Below, piece by piece: positions 26,610-36,895 of a DNA stretch of 64,000 bases (position 1 is the stretch's first letter; each line of letters starts with the position of its first letter). The DNA comes from a virus (taxonomy: Duplodnaviria; Caudoviricetes): positions 24,633 through 88,632 of the IMG/VR virus record IMGVR_UViG_3300028585_000020; one strand, given 5' to 3'. The position numbers and the translations under genes were made by a program. The notes under the pieces were generated by a model. The model ran no database searches. It saw only the letters and a list, made by a program, of their open reading frames with translations, and was not told the DNA's origin.

Positions 26610-28063
26610 TTAGTCCCCTCAGTAATAATCACAGTAGTTGGCGTAACAACAGGTGCAGCCCCTTGCTCGTCCCACTTCTTGACAATAGAGAGCGCCCCGT
26701 TCAAACTCTCCTTCACAGCATTATCCTTAGCTGCCGCCTGCTGCCTTACTAGCACTAGCTCAAGCAAATTGGCAATCTTCTCGACAGCAACCATAATGCG
26801 GTCGAAATACTCTAAATCTGTTGCAGGTTTACTGTTAGGCATTATTCCTCCACGAGCTTGCTTTTAAGTTGGTCGATACGTTCTTGGTAATTCTTCATCA
26901 GGATTTCTGCATGCTCAACATCTTGTTTGCGGAGTTTGATGTTGTGCAGCAACGAAGCGATCTGCTCGCGGGCTTCTGCGTTGGATCGGAGTTGTTCTGC
27001 TGTGAGAGGTTGCTTGTTGATGATTTTCCAATCCTTGTTTCTGATAAATTTCTCCACAGCTACAGCAGCGTAATCAATCCCCTCGTAACCTCCCTGAGTA
27101 AAATCCCAAGTAATGTGGAATCCACCTTCGCATTCTACAGCTTTAAATTCTTCACCTTCTTCGTCAACAATGAAATAAAACACCGAAGGCAACTGAGGAA
27201 CCTCATCCGGCAGTGTATATTCCTGCTTTGCCTCTTCTACAATACTCCTCCACAGACGTTTCGCAACATGCCCTTCAATATCTTCCATAGTGTAAGCTTT
27301 TTTATTACATGGCACATTTGTACCAATCCGATACGCATACCAAACACTGCCGTTCTTCCGCATTGCCCACTTAATGCTGCCAGATTCAACAGTGAAATTA
27401 TCAGGGAATTTTGGTTTGGCTTTCTTGTTTTCGTCTACAACAATCCAACCTCCACTGACAACAAAATCTGCTGCTTCTTCCTCGTCGCAAATTGACCATT
27501 CAATATCTGTCACTTCGCTCCAACCTCGCGCCCACTTGACTTTGAAGCGGCCCGACTCAAGGCGCTTCACAACGTGCGTGAAACCGGGCGCGTGATCTAC
27601 ACGCATCTGAAAAACATCTGGCAGCTTCATTGCACAACCTCCTCATACGCTTTCACAATAACCTGACGATCAATCAGACTACGAAGCTCTCCAGCTTCAA
27701 AGAAAGTCACTTTCTCACTCCCTGCAAAGATGTCATAGCATTGCTCGTTAGGGATTGCTTGATAACGAGTGCTGAAACCTCGCAGGTAAAAGTTAAAGCT
27801 TTCCATTATTTACCTTTCTGAATGTGGTCGTAAGCTGCTTGCAGGGCTTTTATGAGGAGAGGAATGTCTGCAACCGTCAAATAGCTCTCATCGTAGCCGC
27901 CAAGACCATCACCTAACTTGACTATTACACTAGGGCCAGCAGTGCCACACTCACCCAGCACAACCTTTTCTTCGGCACCGTCAGTGGCAATATATGAGAA
28001 ACCATCAATCTCTACCTCATGCTTATCAACTCGTACAAACATTCTCTTCTCCTTAAAATTCAT
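26606..28063 (-). other. Four hypothetical CDSs: 26606-26842, 26842-27630, 27627-27806, 27806-28063
   Basis: Contiguous overlapping starts/stops with RBSs; 27627-27806 (59 aa) read directly from the sequence. Confidence 0.65.
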
Positions 28064-28106
28064 AACAAGACATCATTGTACATCAGATTGTTACGCAGTG
28101 CAAGAG

Positions 28107-28628
28107 TTATTTTGAGCGTTCTTTAAGAATCTTCTCGACAATCTTACGTCGCTTATCGCTATTTGTTAGCTGAGCATCTGCGTACCCGTAGTCGTAGCAA
28201 AACTGCTTAACAATGCTAACAGGCTGCTTGCAGATTGCAATCACTTCTTTCTCAAATTTAGCTTGGTCAAAAGTACAGCCTGTCTTGTCCATCCGGGTTT
28301 TACAATCATGGCACTCATGACACAGCACTTGAAGCCCTGAAGGTTGGCAGAACAGCCTCTCTACGAAATCTCCTACATCTTCCTTGCAAGTCATACTTCC
28401 AGCAGGAATCTTGTGGTCAACAGCCACCATCTTACTCTCAAAAAGCTGCTGGCACATGTTGCACTTGTAGCTCCACTGTCGGCGCTTGTTGTCGCCTTTG
28501 TATGGAACTTTAGCAGCAGCCAGAGCTTCGTAAACAGCAGGCCACTTACGGGACAGTGAGCGCAGTCCTGAGCGCAACCATACGTAGAAGTTAACAGGCT
28601 TCTTGGCAGGTTTAGACTTCTTAACCAT
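28107..28628 (-). CDS. HNH endonuclease (Zn-binding), possibly a core recombination nuclease
   Basis: Probable start 28628; YKCNMC..VDHKIP..LQVLCHECHDCKT. Confidence 0.75.
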   Translation of the reverse strand: MVKKSKPAKKPVNFYVWLRSGLRSLSRKWPAVYEALAAAKVPYKGDNKRRQWSYKCNMCQQLFESKMVAVDHKIPAGSMTCKEDVGDFVERLFCQPSGLQVLCHECHDCKTRMDKTGCTFDQAKFEKEVIAICKQPVSIVKQFCYDYGYADAQLTNSDKRRKIVEKILKERSK

Positions 28629-28803
28629 ACTTAGTGCAAAGCACCAACGCTTGATCTTCCGAGAATCCTTGCTCAACAAGCTCTTCGTAACGTGCTCGCC
28701 AGATTCGTGCATTCAACACTGCAAACTCGCAATGAGCCAAAATGTTCTCTCGCAAATTCTTAACGAGCATTGGTAGTTCTGTTACGTTCGGTTCGTTATT
28801 CAT
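28621..28803 (-). CDS. Hypothetical protein
   Basis: 60 aa, overlapping neighbours; ..GFSEDQALVLC motif. Confidence 0.6.
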   Translation of the reverse strand: MNNEPNVTELPMLVKNLRENILAHCEFAVLNARIWRARYEELVEQGFSEDQALVLCTKYG

Positions 28804-29815
28804 ATGTCACTCCATATTTATCAAGTTCTTCGTCAAGATTAAATTTATAATCCTCGCTAGTCATCATCCGACTCATTACGCAGTTTTCGTTCATGACGTA
28901 CTTCCAGTCCACCTCAAACTGGTTACCCCGCCAACCCGTAATAACTCGCGGCTCTGGATAGAGTTTCTTATAAACTGCAATGGCTGCACCCCAAGCCTCT
29001 TTCTCATTCTTGCAATTGACCAGCGCCTTGTAGCTACTCTTCTCTCCCCATTTCTTTTCAGGACATGCCGAGTTGGCCCAATATTCGTCACTATCGTCCC
29101 CGCTACAAACTTGGTGGAGCCACCAGAGATACCCATCACCCTTCACAGCACCCTTGTCGTTCAAGTAGAGCTTACCGAATCCCGAGATTTGTTGAGGCTC
29201 TTGCATCTGCCCGTGAATATAGTAGTTAAGATTACAACCAAAATAGTCCTTTTCAATACCTACAAGAATTTTACTAGGGTCTTCTGTGCAATCAATTACT
29301 ACTTGATCGTCTGTTTCTAACCCGCGAATTATCTTACCTTTGTGGCTAGTAATAATGTACTTTTCAATTTCTTCCAAGTGTAAAGGCTTCAAAAGGGAAG
29401 CCCTCGAACCTTTATATTTAACAATAGTGGAAGCCTCAACTCTCCAGCTATCTCCCTTTCCAATGTAGCCATAATAAGAAGTGGCGTCAAGAGCGTCAAC
29501 AACATTCTTAATGTGATTCTTGACAGACGAAAGTGCAAACTCAATAGGTTCAGCCACTTGCTTGTCCACAATCTCGAACTCATCAAGAGAGAAGGGGGTT
29601 TTGCCTTCCTGCATACGCGACAGATTTGTTTCAGCAAGCCACCCGCCAGATTTAGCTTTCCAGTGTCCGTAGAACATCGTGCGATTATCAAAATTCTTAG
29701 CCCTGCCAGTGGGTTTGTGTATGACCTCGACAGAACGCTTTTCACATGCTGATCCAATCTGGTATTTCAAGTAATCGAAATCAAAGACTAAAACGGTCAT
29801 TACCCCTCCAATCAC
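28796..29815 (-). CDS. 5'-3' exonuclease / RNase H (T7 gp6/FEN-like)
   Basis: VFDFD, GKGDSWR, YKGSR, LETDD, EKD, GDDSD acidic motifs. Confidence 0.8.
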   Translation of the reverse strand: MIGGVMTVLVFDFDYLKYQIGSACEKRSVEVIHKPTGRAKNFDNRTMFYGHWKAKSGGWLAETNLSRMQEGKTPFSLDEFEIVDKQVAEPIEFALSSVKNHIKNVVDALDATSYYGYIGKGDSWRVEASTIVKYKGSRASLLKPLHLEEIEKYIITSHKGKIIRGLETDDQVVIDCTEDPSKILVGIEKDYFGCNLNYYIHGQMQEPQQISGFGKLYLNDKGAVKGDGYLWWLHQVCSGDDSDEYWANSACPEKKWGEKSSYKALVNCKNEKEAWGAAIAVYKKLYPEPRVITGWRGNQFEVDWKYVMNENCVMSRMMTSEDYKFNLDEELDKYGVTYE

Positions 29816-30422
29816 AAATATGTTCGTACTTGTTCAGATAATCTATAACTCGCGTATCAACATCAAAGTCTTCAGTTTGAAGTCGAACTGCCCACTCTCT
29901 TGCACGAGCTTCTTTTGCAGCTTTATAAAGGTTGCGACCAATCTCAATATTCTCTCTTGTGACTTCGAGCTTAGCTAGCACGGTATCACAAATACGAACC
30001 CACAACTTACCTTTCCATTCGTAACTGCCTTGTGGGTATTCTCCTCGCTTCGCACCACAGCTCTGGAGGAATTTATTTAAAGGTGCAGGAATTAAAATAC
30101 AAGTTTCTGGTGAATAGATTTTGTTGCCGCTTAGTAAAATGTCAGCATCCAGTTGGTATCCTAGTGCATAGCCTTTTTGTGATCTGTTCCATTCCACGAA
30201 TTCTTGGTATCCTTGAAACTTGTTCTCACTCCCTCGGTAAGTTGGCTCGCGCATCTGAGTTGCCCCATTCGGATTACAGCGCTCTTTGATATTATTCCAA
30301 AGAACCCCACTCACTGTCCAAACGTATTTTTTACCTACGTACCCTCGTTGAGTCCATTCTCCGAGCTTATTCTTCTTATCAGGCTGTGTTTTCATAGCCA
30401 TCCTTATGAAAATGCCCTGCAC
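29781..30422 (-). CDS. HNH-type homing endonuclease (paralog of 19755-20363)
   Basis: ERCNP..EPTY..FVEW..QLDADILLSGNKIYSPETCILIP..LN; YPQG. Confidence 0.7.
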   Translation of the reverse strand: MQGIFIRMAMKTQPDKKNKLGEWTQRGYVGKKYVWTVSGVLWNNIKERCNPNGATQMREPTYRGSENKFQGYQEFVEWNRSQKGYALGYQLDADILLSGNKIYSPETCILIPAPLNKFLQSCGAKRGEYPQGSYEWKGKLWVRICDTVLAKLEVTRENIEIGRNLYKAAKEARAREWAVRLQTEDFDVDTRVIDYLNKYEHICDWRGNDRFSL

Positions 30423-30465
30423 TCCCCGCAGGAAGAACAGGGCAGGTTGTCTTACTCAGCCAAAC

Positions 30466-31104
30466 TTAAAACGGAGCCGAATCAGCGTCGTATTCCTCTT
30501 GCTCTTCAGACTCTTCTTTCTTAGCCTTAGAAGCACGGGCTTGAGTGGCCTCTTTACGAGCCTCTTCTTTCTTAACAGGCTTGTCGCCAAACTCACTACC
30601 CGCAGCACCGCCTTGCGAAACATATTCTTTAAAACCTTCTTCAGTCATAAGAACATTATTCAGCTTGGCGAAAGTGCCGAAGTCATTGGTGGAAATTCGA
30701 TAAGAAACTTTACCAACACTTCCATTCGCAATCAGGCGACTCTCCGTAATGTCCACACGATCACCATTGTCATAATCAACAAAGACTTTTGGACGATGCT
30801 CTGGGTAAAACGGCTCACCGTCTTTCGTAGCGTCTTTCTTCAGCTTAATCTCGTAGACATTTTTCTCACCCTTGAGGTTATCTGGGAGAGCAACCTTGTA
30901 CTTACCCTCGAAGTCACTTGCCTTAATCTTCTTAGCAGGTTGCTTCTTGAATTGCTCATCCCATGCATCTGCTGCGTCTTCGTCAACAATAACACTGATA
31001 GTGTACTCAGTGTCTTTCGATTGATATTTCAGACTTGGCTCAGCCACTTTTGCGAACACGAACATACCTTCAACAACACCAAAGTTTTGCTTTTTATCAG
31101 CCAT
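30466..31104 (-). CDS. Single-stranded DNA-binding protein (T7 gp2.5-like)
   Basis: FAKVAEP..EYTISV..IANGSVGKV and acidic C-tail ending in F (EEYDADSAPF). Confidence 0.75.
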   Translation of the reverse strand: MADKKQNFGVVEGMFVFAKVAEPSLKYQSKDTEYTISVIVDEDAADAWDEQFKKQPAKKIKASDFEGKYKVALPDNLKGEKNVYEIKLKKDATKDGEPFYPEHRPKVFVDYDNGDRVDITESRLIANGSVGKVSYRISTNDFGTFAKLNNVLMTEEGFKEYVSQGGAAGSEFGDKPVKKEEARKEATQARASKAKKEESEEQEEYDADSAPF

Positions 31105-31200
31105 TATTTATTTCCTTTTCATTTAATTACACTTGTGGAATGCCATTTGGCGGCTTCCTCCTTATTTACACACGAGCCTGCATGTGCAACAGTAGAACAC

Positions 31201-33687
31201 TTACCTAAGCTTCCTCCGCTCCCACCAATCGTGCACCTTCCATACTGCCAGAAGCAACACAACAGAAGTGTTGGCAACAGGAGTGAGCACAATCGCAGCG
31301 TGCCAAATACATTCGGAGAACGGAGGGTGTATCTCAAGCTTGCCCACATTCTGATAAAGACCGTATAGAAGAATTACAGCAGACAGCAGGTAGATTACTA
31401 TTAGTGTTGGGATCATCACATGAACGCCTTTGCAATCCAGCCGAAGAGCAGCACGACAGCCGGAGCAATGACATCAAATACAAGCAGCGTACTATACTCT
31501 TGTCGATTATCAGTCTCAATCTTGGATGGCATGTGCTTGAATAGCATCACCCCGTACATGATACCAACAGCAACTGGCACAGTGATTGCAGGCATACCGA
31601 ACGTTGCTACGATAAACCATGCCCACATCACACTTAGAACGTAACCACGCCACACTGTGGTGCCGACAGCAATTAGCAGTTGTCCAATCAGCTTAGTAAT
31701 ACTAGATTCTTCTTTCATCAATCCTCCTTATCACGTTCATCATAAATCTTATAAAGCTCAGCTTCAAGCTCGCTCACAGCAGACGCACTCATGAGATGAA
31801 TCACATCAATTTCATCTACAAGCACTTTGTCAAGCTCAATCTCATCGTAAGCTTCCGGTTCGTCTTCTGTTGCAGGGTGCCCCTTATAGAAATAGAACTC
31901 TGCAATTACTGGAGTGCCACGTAACATCACTTCACGTTGGTGTCGAAATGATTCAGAATATTCTTTGTTAGCCAATGTTCGATATCTCCTTTAAGAAGTA
32001 GAAAACCTATTCGGATGTTCATTAGAACATATTGGAAGTCATTCATCCGTCCCAGCCTTCAAATAACTCGATGAAGTCCTCTTCAAGCTCTCGCATGTAC
32101 TGGTTGTATTGCTTTTGAGTGATGAAGCCTTCTGACAGTTCTTGTTCAAGCTCCATCGCAGCAGCTTCGTATCGCGCCTCTTTACGCATACTCATTTAAT
32201 CTCCAAGTCCGTCAGATCACCATCGAACGCTTCAGCAAGAGTTTGAAGCTCATCGCCAATGTACTCTTTGTTATCTTTGTACTGGTCGTCCTCAAAGAAA
32301 TCTGGGGAAACTTCCATCGTCACGTACAGTTTAAGCTGTGCCATCTTCTTCCTCCTTCATTTCAAGGTTGCTATTATACAGATTTTTGTCTTCTGAGTCA
32401 ACAACATTCTTAAGCAATTTTGTTACAGCAGCTTCACGGTAGGCAAGCTCACGCATACTGAGCATGATTCCTCGATGGCCCTCTGGTAAGAATCCTTTAG
32501 AATGCAACCAGTCGCACAGCTTAACAGTTTTGGCTTTGTACACATCACACAATCCATCCTTCGCCACGATGATGCCTTTCGGGAAATCTTCAGCTAGTTT
32601 GCAGAAATATGGCAAGCGATACCAAATATCCTTCTCCCTTAGCATGCAAGCCCTCAGACACGCCTGTGCGAGCTTCTGATAAGTTTCCTCGTCGGCTTCG
32701 TGTGTTGTGGCGAGGAGTTGTTTAGAAGGTTTCCTTCTAGCCGTAGTAGGAATGTTGCTCATGAGTTCGCTCACTACATTTCCCACACACAGCGCACTCG
32801 TTCCAATACTCAGTGTAGGCAGTGTCGTTGTAACTGCCGCTGAAATAGTATTCCCGCTGGATCAAATCTAAATGTGGGCAGATTGCGTCACGCTCAGCTT
32901 TCGCTTTGGAAAACTTTTCATCTGCTTTCCGTTTAGCTTCTTGTGCTTTCAGAAAACTAGTTTGTGCCTTTTCAAAATCTTTCATCATTCCTCCACAACA
33001 AACAAAGTTCTAGAAATCCTAACCCAGCGCTTCTTCTTGAGCCACTGTTCACCACTCTCGATAGCCACACCTTCAGGATTGTTAGTGTACCACTGATAAG
33101 AAAGCTTAAACATATCGTCGTTCTTAATAGACTCAAACAAGTCAGCGCTGCAATTGACCTGTAAATCATTCGCCACCCAAGTATTCTTGTGCATGAAAGC
33201 TTCAAAATCGTGGACACGTTGGACAATGTCGCCAACGTTCTCGTAGAGCCACTGAGGGACGATGTGGCGGGTTTTCAGGGTTCCCTTAATTCCCGGAGGA
33301 TTGTAAGGTGCTTGAGTCCAAGTTGCAAGTTGCTCACTGTATTTGCTGTTGAATTTCGCAACATGCTCCTTTTCGTGCTCAAACAGTTGTCGCCCAATTG
33401 CTGGGAAAGCATCTTGTATTTTACTCATCATTCCTCCATTTCAAAATTCCTAGGGATACGTTGAAATCGCTCTCCCGTCCACGCATAGTCTGTTTCAGCT
33501 TTCATCAAATCCTCCGATAGTTCTTTTCAATGTACTCATGGATAACACTCATCGACGCCTCGTGCTTCTTGCGGGCAGCTTCTCGTTGCTCGGGAGTGCC
33601 GCCGTTGTGGATGGTGAATAGATCGAAGTAGTCGGAGAAGTCTAGTGCGAATTTTCCGATGTGGTGTTCCAGGGTAAAGTCTTTCAT
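31201..33687 (-). other. Run of small hypothetical CDSs: 31201-31419, 31416-31721 (membrane), 31718-31975, 32331-32786, 32737-32988, 32985-33431, 33505-33687, plus two ~50-aa ORFs at about 32040-32345
   Basis: ATGA-type overlaps, GGAG RBSs, co-orientation. Confidence 0.65.
32373..32401 (-). promoter_or_regulatory. sigma70 promoter
   Basis: TTGACT-17-TATAAT. Confidence 0.75.
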
Positions 33688-33704
33688 GGTTTCTCCTTAG
33701 TGAA

Positions 33705-35828
33705 TTAGTGAACTTCTTTCCACGAGCCATTATACGCAGCTTTGCCCTCGCCATCAAGCTCAATCGGCAACTTAAGATACTTACCAGCCTCAATGATGCA
33801 ACCAACAGACATAGTACGGATATCCTCCTGAATGCCATCTTCTGTAAGCCAACTGTACTCATCGTGCGTCAAATTAGAACGCCAAGTGACTTTCCCCTTG
33901 TATTTGTAGAATGGTCGTCCTAAACTATCAATATACATTTCACCTAGTTTTGCATCCATCAAACAAGCTGCAATAGACATACAAATTGCCCCGAGAGACT
34001 GACCAAGACAATTGATAATCTTGTTCTTGCTACGGATATTCAAGATTCGCCCGTCCCACGCCGGAAGGTATTTCTTCTTACCCGAACCATTATAATAGGC
34101 TTCAGCCTTGTCTTTTAACATACCCAAGCCAGCGTTCTTAGTCCAATAGTTGTTATATGCAATAGTGGCTGCTGGCATAGTAAGATTCAAGCTACTAGCA
34201 AGCTTAGGAATGCCGCCACCATAAGCCAGTAGATAAGCCCCGGTTTTCGCACGATTACGGTAAGGCTTAAACTCAGTCTTATCTTTCAGCCCTTCCTCGT
34301 TCATGTCAAATTTCTTCTCAATTTCTGGGAAGAATGCAAATGCATTAAACGTATGACTGTCGCCCTCAAGAACCAGTCGTGCGAAAGCTCCGTCATCGTG
34401 CTTAAAAGTATAGGCTGCAAGCGTCCTATTCTCCAGCGCAGCCGCGTCTGTTCCTACGTACCAATAGCCTTCAGGACACACGAACAAATCCCGCATCTCA
34501 TAACCTAACAACACTTTAGGGTCAGCCTTCGGACAATTCACAACGGTCTTATGTTTAACCCTGAAAGTTGGTGTGTAACCGCTAATCTCACTACTTAGAC
34601 GACCATCGAAGTCTAGTCGCCAGTTCTTAAGCCACCCACTCACCACGCCTAGACGATTTCGGTATGACAGAAACTTGACCACCTTTGCAGGAATCTCATC
34701 ATTCAATTGCATGAGGTTAGGGCACAATTGACCAGCTTCTTGAATCTTCGGAGTGGTACGAATAACTTGCCCACGGCCATCCTTAACGGGCTTGTTATCT
34801 GGACCCTTCTTTAGATTCCACAAGGTAGGCTTCCAACCTGCATCAAGAAAATACTGTTTAATCTCAGCGTTATCATCAATTTCCATTGGAAGCTTGATGT
34901 CTAGAATATCATTAGCTACAAGCTTCTGTTGCAGGCCGTAAGCATGGATAATGTTGTCGTCCCCCATCGTGGCATTGTGCTTCTCAAGCCATTTAATCAG
35001 TGCAGCAGAACGTTCGCCTGACTTGGAAAACGGCTTGCTAGGCATCTTGTAGAAAGCCTTCTCAGCAGTCTTCAATGGGCGCGGAGGCAAGGCAGGATCG
35101 ACTTCCGCCTTAAGCTTCGCCATCTCAATTTCAATCTTCTCTGTCAGCGCAATTGCACGTTCTTTGTGGAAAGGACTCCCGCTGTAAGCCTGCGCCGAAT
35201 ACAGCCAATAGTCTTTCTGCATCTGACGGAAGCTGGCATGAATCCACCCGTTACCGTATAAGTCAACAGCCTTCGCCCACAGACGCTTAAACACGCCTGC
35301 CAGAGCCTTAACGTCATCATCGCAGTATTCATCCATCAAAGGATGGTATTGCTTGAACTCAGCCCCTTTTGGTGCGTCCTTAGTCAGTGCTCCTGCTTCA
35401 ATTAACTTGGCACGGAAATCCATCTTCTCATCTTCACTACCCGTTGACAGATATTCTAGGCTATGTTGTGGGGAGTCTGGCGAAAGAAACATTGACAGCA
35501 CGTAAGTATCCACGAACTGAACAGGCTTATCCTCGATCCAGTCTTTACTCTTTTTTCCAACTCGCGGCTTGACATCGTAGAGTTTCCACCACGTCCAAAA
35601 GTCAAATCCAAGCCCGTTGTGGAAAACAACAAGAGCATCGTCAGGGAAACTGTTAACCCACTCCATTAATTCCGCTTTGACTTCTTCTGCCTTCATACGG
35701 AAAGGGTAAATCTTAGTGGTACGGGAACCGTCAATACTGGTCAGACGGAGATACCAAGTCTTCGTGCATTGCAAATAAAGATTATCAGTTTCCACATCCC
35801 CAAGCCAACCAATTACTTGTGTTCCCAT
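33705..35828 (-). CDS. DNA polymerase, family A (T7 gp5-like)
   Basis: Exo I GDVET, Exo II HNGLGFD; motif A TDAAALENR; motif B RAKTGAYLLAYG; motif C THDE. Confidence 0.95.
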   Translation of the reverse strand: MGTQVIGWLGDVETDNLYLQCTKTWYLRLTSIDGSRTTKIYPFRMKAEEVKAELMEWVNSFPDDALVVFHNGLGFDFWTWWKLYDVKPRVGKKSKDWIEDKPVQFVDTYVLSMFLSPDSPQHSLEYLSTGSEDEKMDFRAKLIEAGALTKDAPKGAEFKQYHPLMDEYCDDDVKALAGVFKRLWAKAVDLYGNGWIHASFRQMQKDYWLYSAQAYSGSPFHKERAIALTEKIEIEMAKLKAEVDPALPPRPLKTAEKAFYKMPSKPFSKSGERSAALIKWLEKHNATMGDDNIIHAYGLQQKLVANDILDIKLPMEIDDNAEIKQYFLDAGWKPTLWNLKKGPDNKPVKDGRGQVIRTTPKIQEAGQLCPNLMQLNDEIPAKVVKFLSYRNRLGVVSGWLKNWRLDFDGRLSSEISGYTPTFRVKHKTVVNCPKADPKVLLGYEMRDLFVCPEGYWYVGTDAAALENRTLAAYTFKHDDGAFARLVLEGDSHTFNAFAFFPEIEKKFDMNEEGLKDKTEFKPYRNRAKTGAYLLAYGGGIPKLASSLNLTMPAATIAYNNYWTKNAGLGMLKDKAEAYYNGSGKKKYLPAWDGRILNIRSKNKIINCLGQSLGAICMSIAACLMDAKLGEMYIDSLGRPFYKYKGKVTWRSNLTHDEYSWLTEDGIQEDIRTMSVGCIIEAGKYLKLPIELDGEGKAAYNGSWKEVH

Positions 35829-35847
35829 TCATTTCTCCTATATCAAT

Positions 35848-36792
35848 TCAACCACCAACCCCTGCTGCGACAAACCCAACAATCACTGGAGTAGCCAGCG
35901 CAACAGCAACCCTCACATTAGTCCAAGGCACACTCGTCAGCGCACCCCCTGTAAGGAACAACGCTACGCCATCAACAATCAGCAGCAGCCAAGGGGATGC
36001 CCACAGAAGCAACAGGAATGCAAGAAATCCCTCCTTAATGCTCATCACAGCCTCCGCTGATGGCTATCCACCACTAGGCATAGGAAGCCTACAATAAATA
36101 CCCAGAAAGGGGCATTCAAACCAATACACGCAAAGAACGCGAACAGAGCTACTGCCATAATTAATCTCCAATATTAATAGAATAACTTCCCATCTCAACC
36201 ACAGGCGCTTCTGCCATAAACTTTGGAGCATACTTGAACCAACGCATGCTGTGTTCGTCGTCATAGGCCTGCTGTAATTGCTGCTTAGTGAATTTCTGCA
36301 ATTCAACGAGCTTATCCAGAGCCTTGTTAATCTTCCGCACAGAATTGTACAGAGCATCAACACGAGCTTTCGTGCTAGGAATTTCTGAAAGCTTCTTCAG
36401 CCAAGCAATGTCTGTCTTGCAATTGCAAATCATTTCGTGATGCTCTGTAATGAGATTGGCTTGTGTACGTAGTTGCCGCTGAAGCATGCTAGTGCGTTTC
36501 ATCGTCCCATCTCCTTATTCAAATCAACCAGTTCAGAAATCATTTCGTCGGCAATCGTCAAATTGTCTGACAGGCGTTCTTCCATAACTTTGAGCAAAGC
36601 AAACATTCGTTCCCGGCGATGTTCTTTGCGAGTTGGGAATGGTGCAGGTTCCTCTGGCAATGGCTCATACACTTTTTCTGTCTTTGGCTGAGTCCAATAA
36701 CCCATGGTGACGAATCGTTCACCTTCTGAATCGTGGATTAGGAAGTGTTCCGGCGAATCCACCTTAAACTTCATAGCTTTCAGTTTGCTCAT
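35848..36792 (-). other. Hypothetical CDSs 35848-36048 (membrane), 36161-36502, 36499-36792
   Basis: RBSs and co-orientation. Confidence 0.6.
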
Positions 36793-36840
36793 ATTCCCTC
36801 CTTAGTGACTTGACAGGCCCCTTATCGAAGCAACGGGACA

Positions 36841-36869
36841 ATCTTACGTGGATTTGTGGAGCTTGTCAA
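36841..36869 (-). promoter_or_regulatory. sigma70 promoter
   Basis: TTGACA-17-TAAGAT. Confidence 0.75.
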
Positions 36870-36895
36870 GTGGTGTTTAAAATTGTTGTGGGTTG

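Noticed and set aside
30406-31368. Long antisense ORFs (also 23277-23930, 28742-29320, 54446-55063, 44782-45480)
   Set aside because: Shadows of well-supported genes on the opposite strand, with no RBS or motifs
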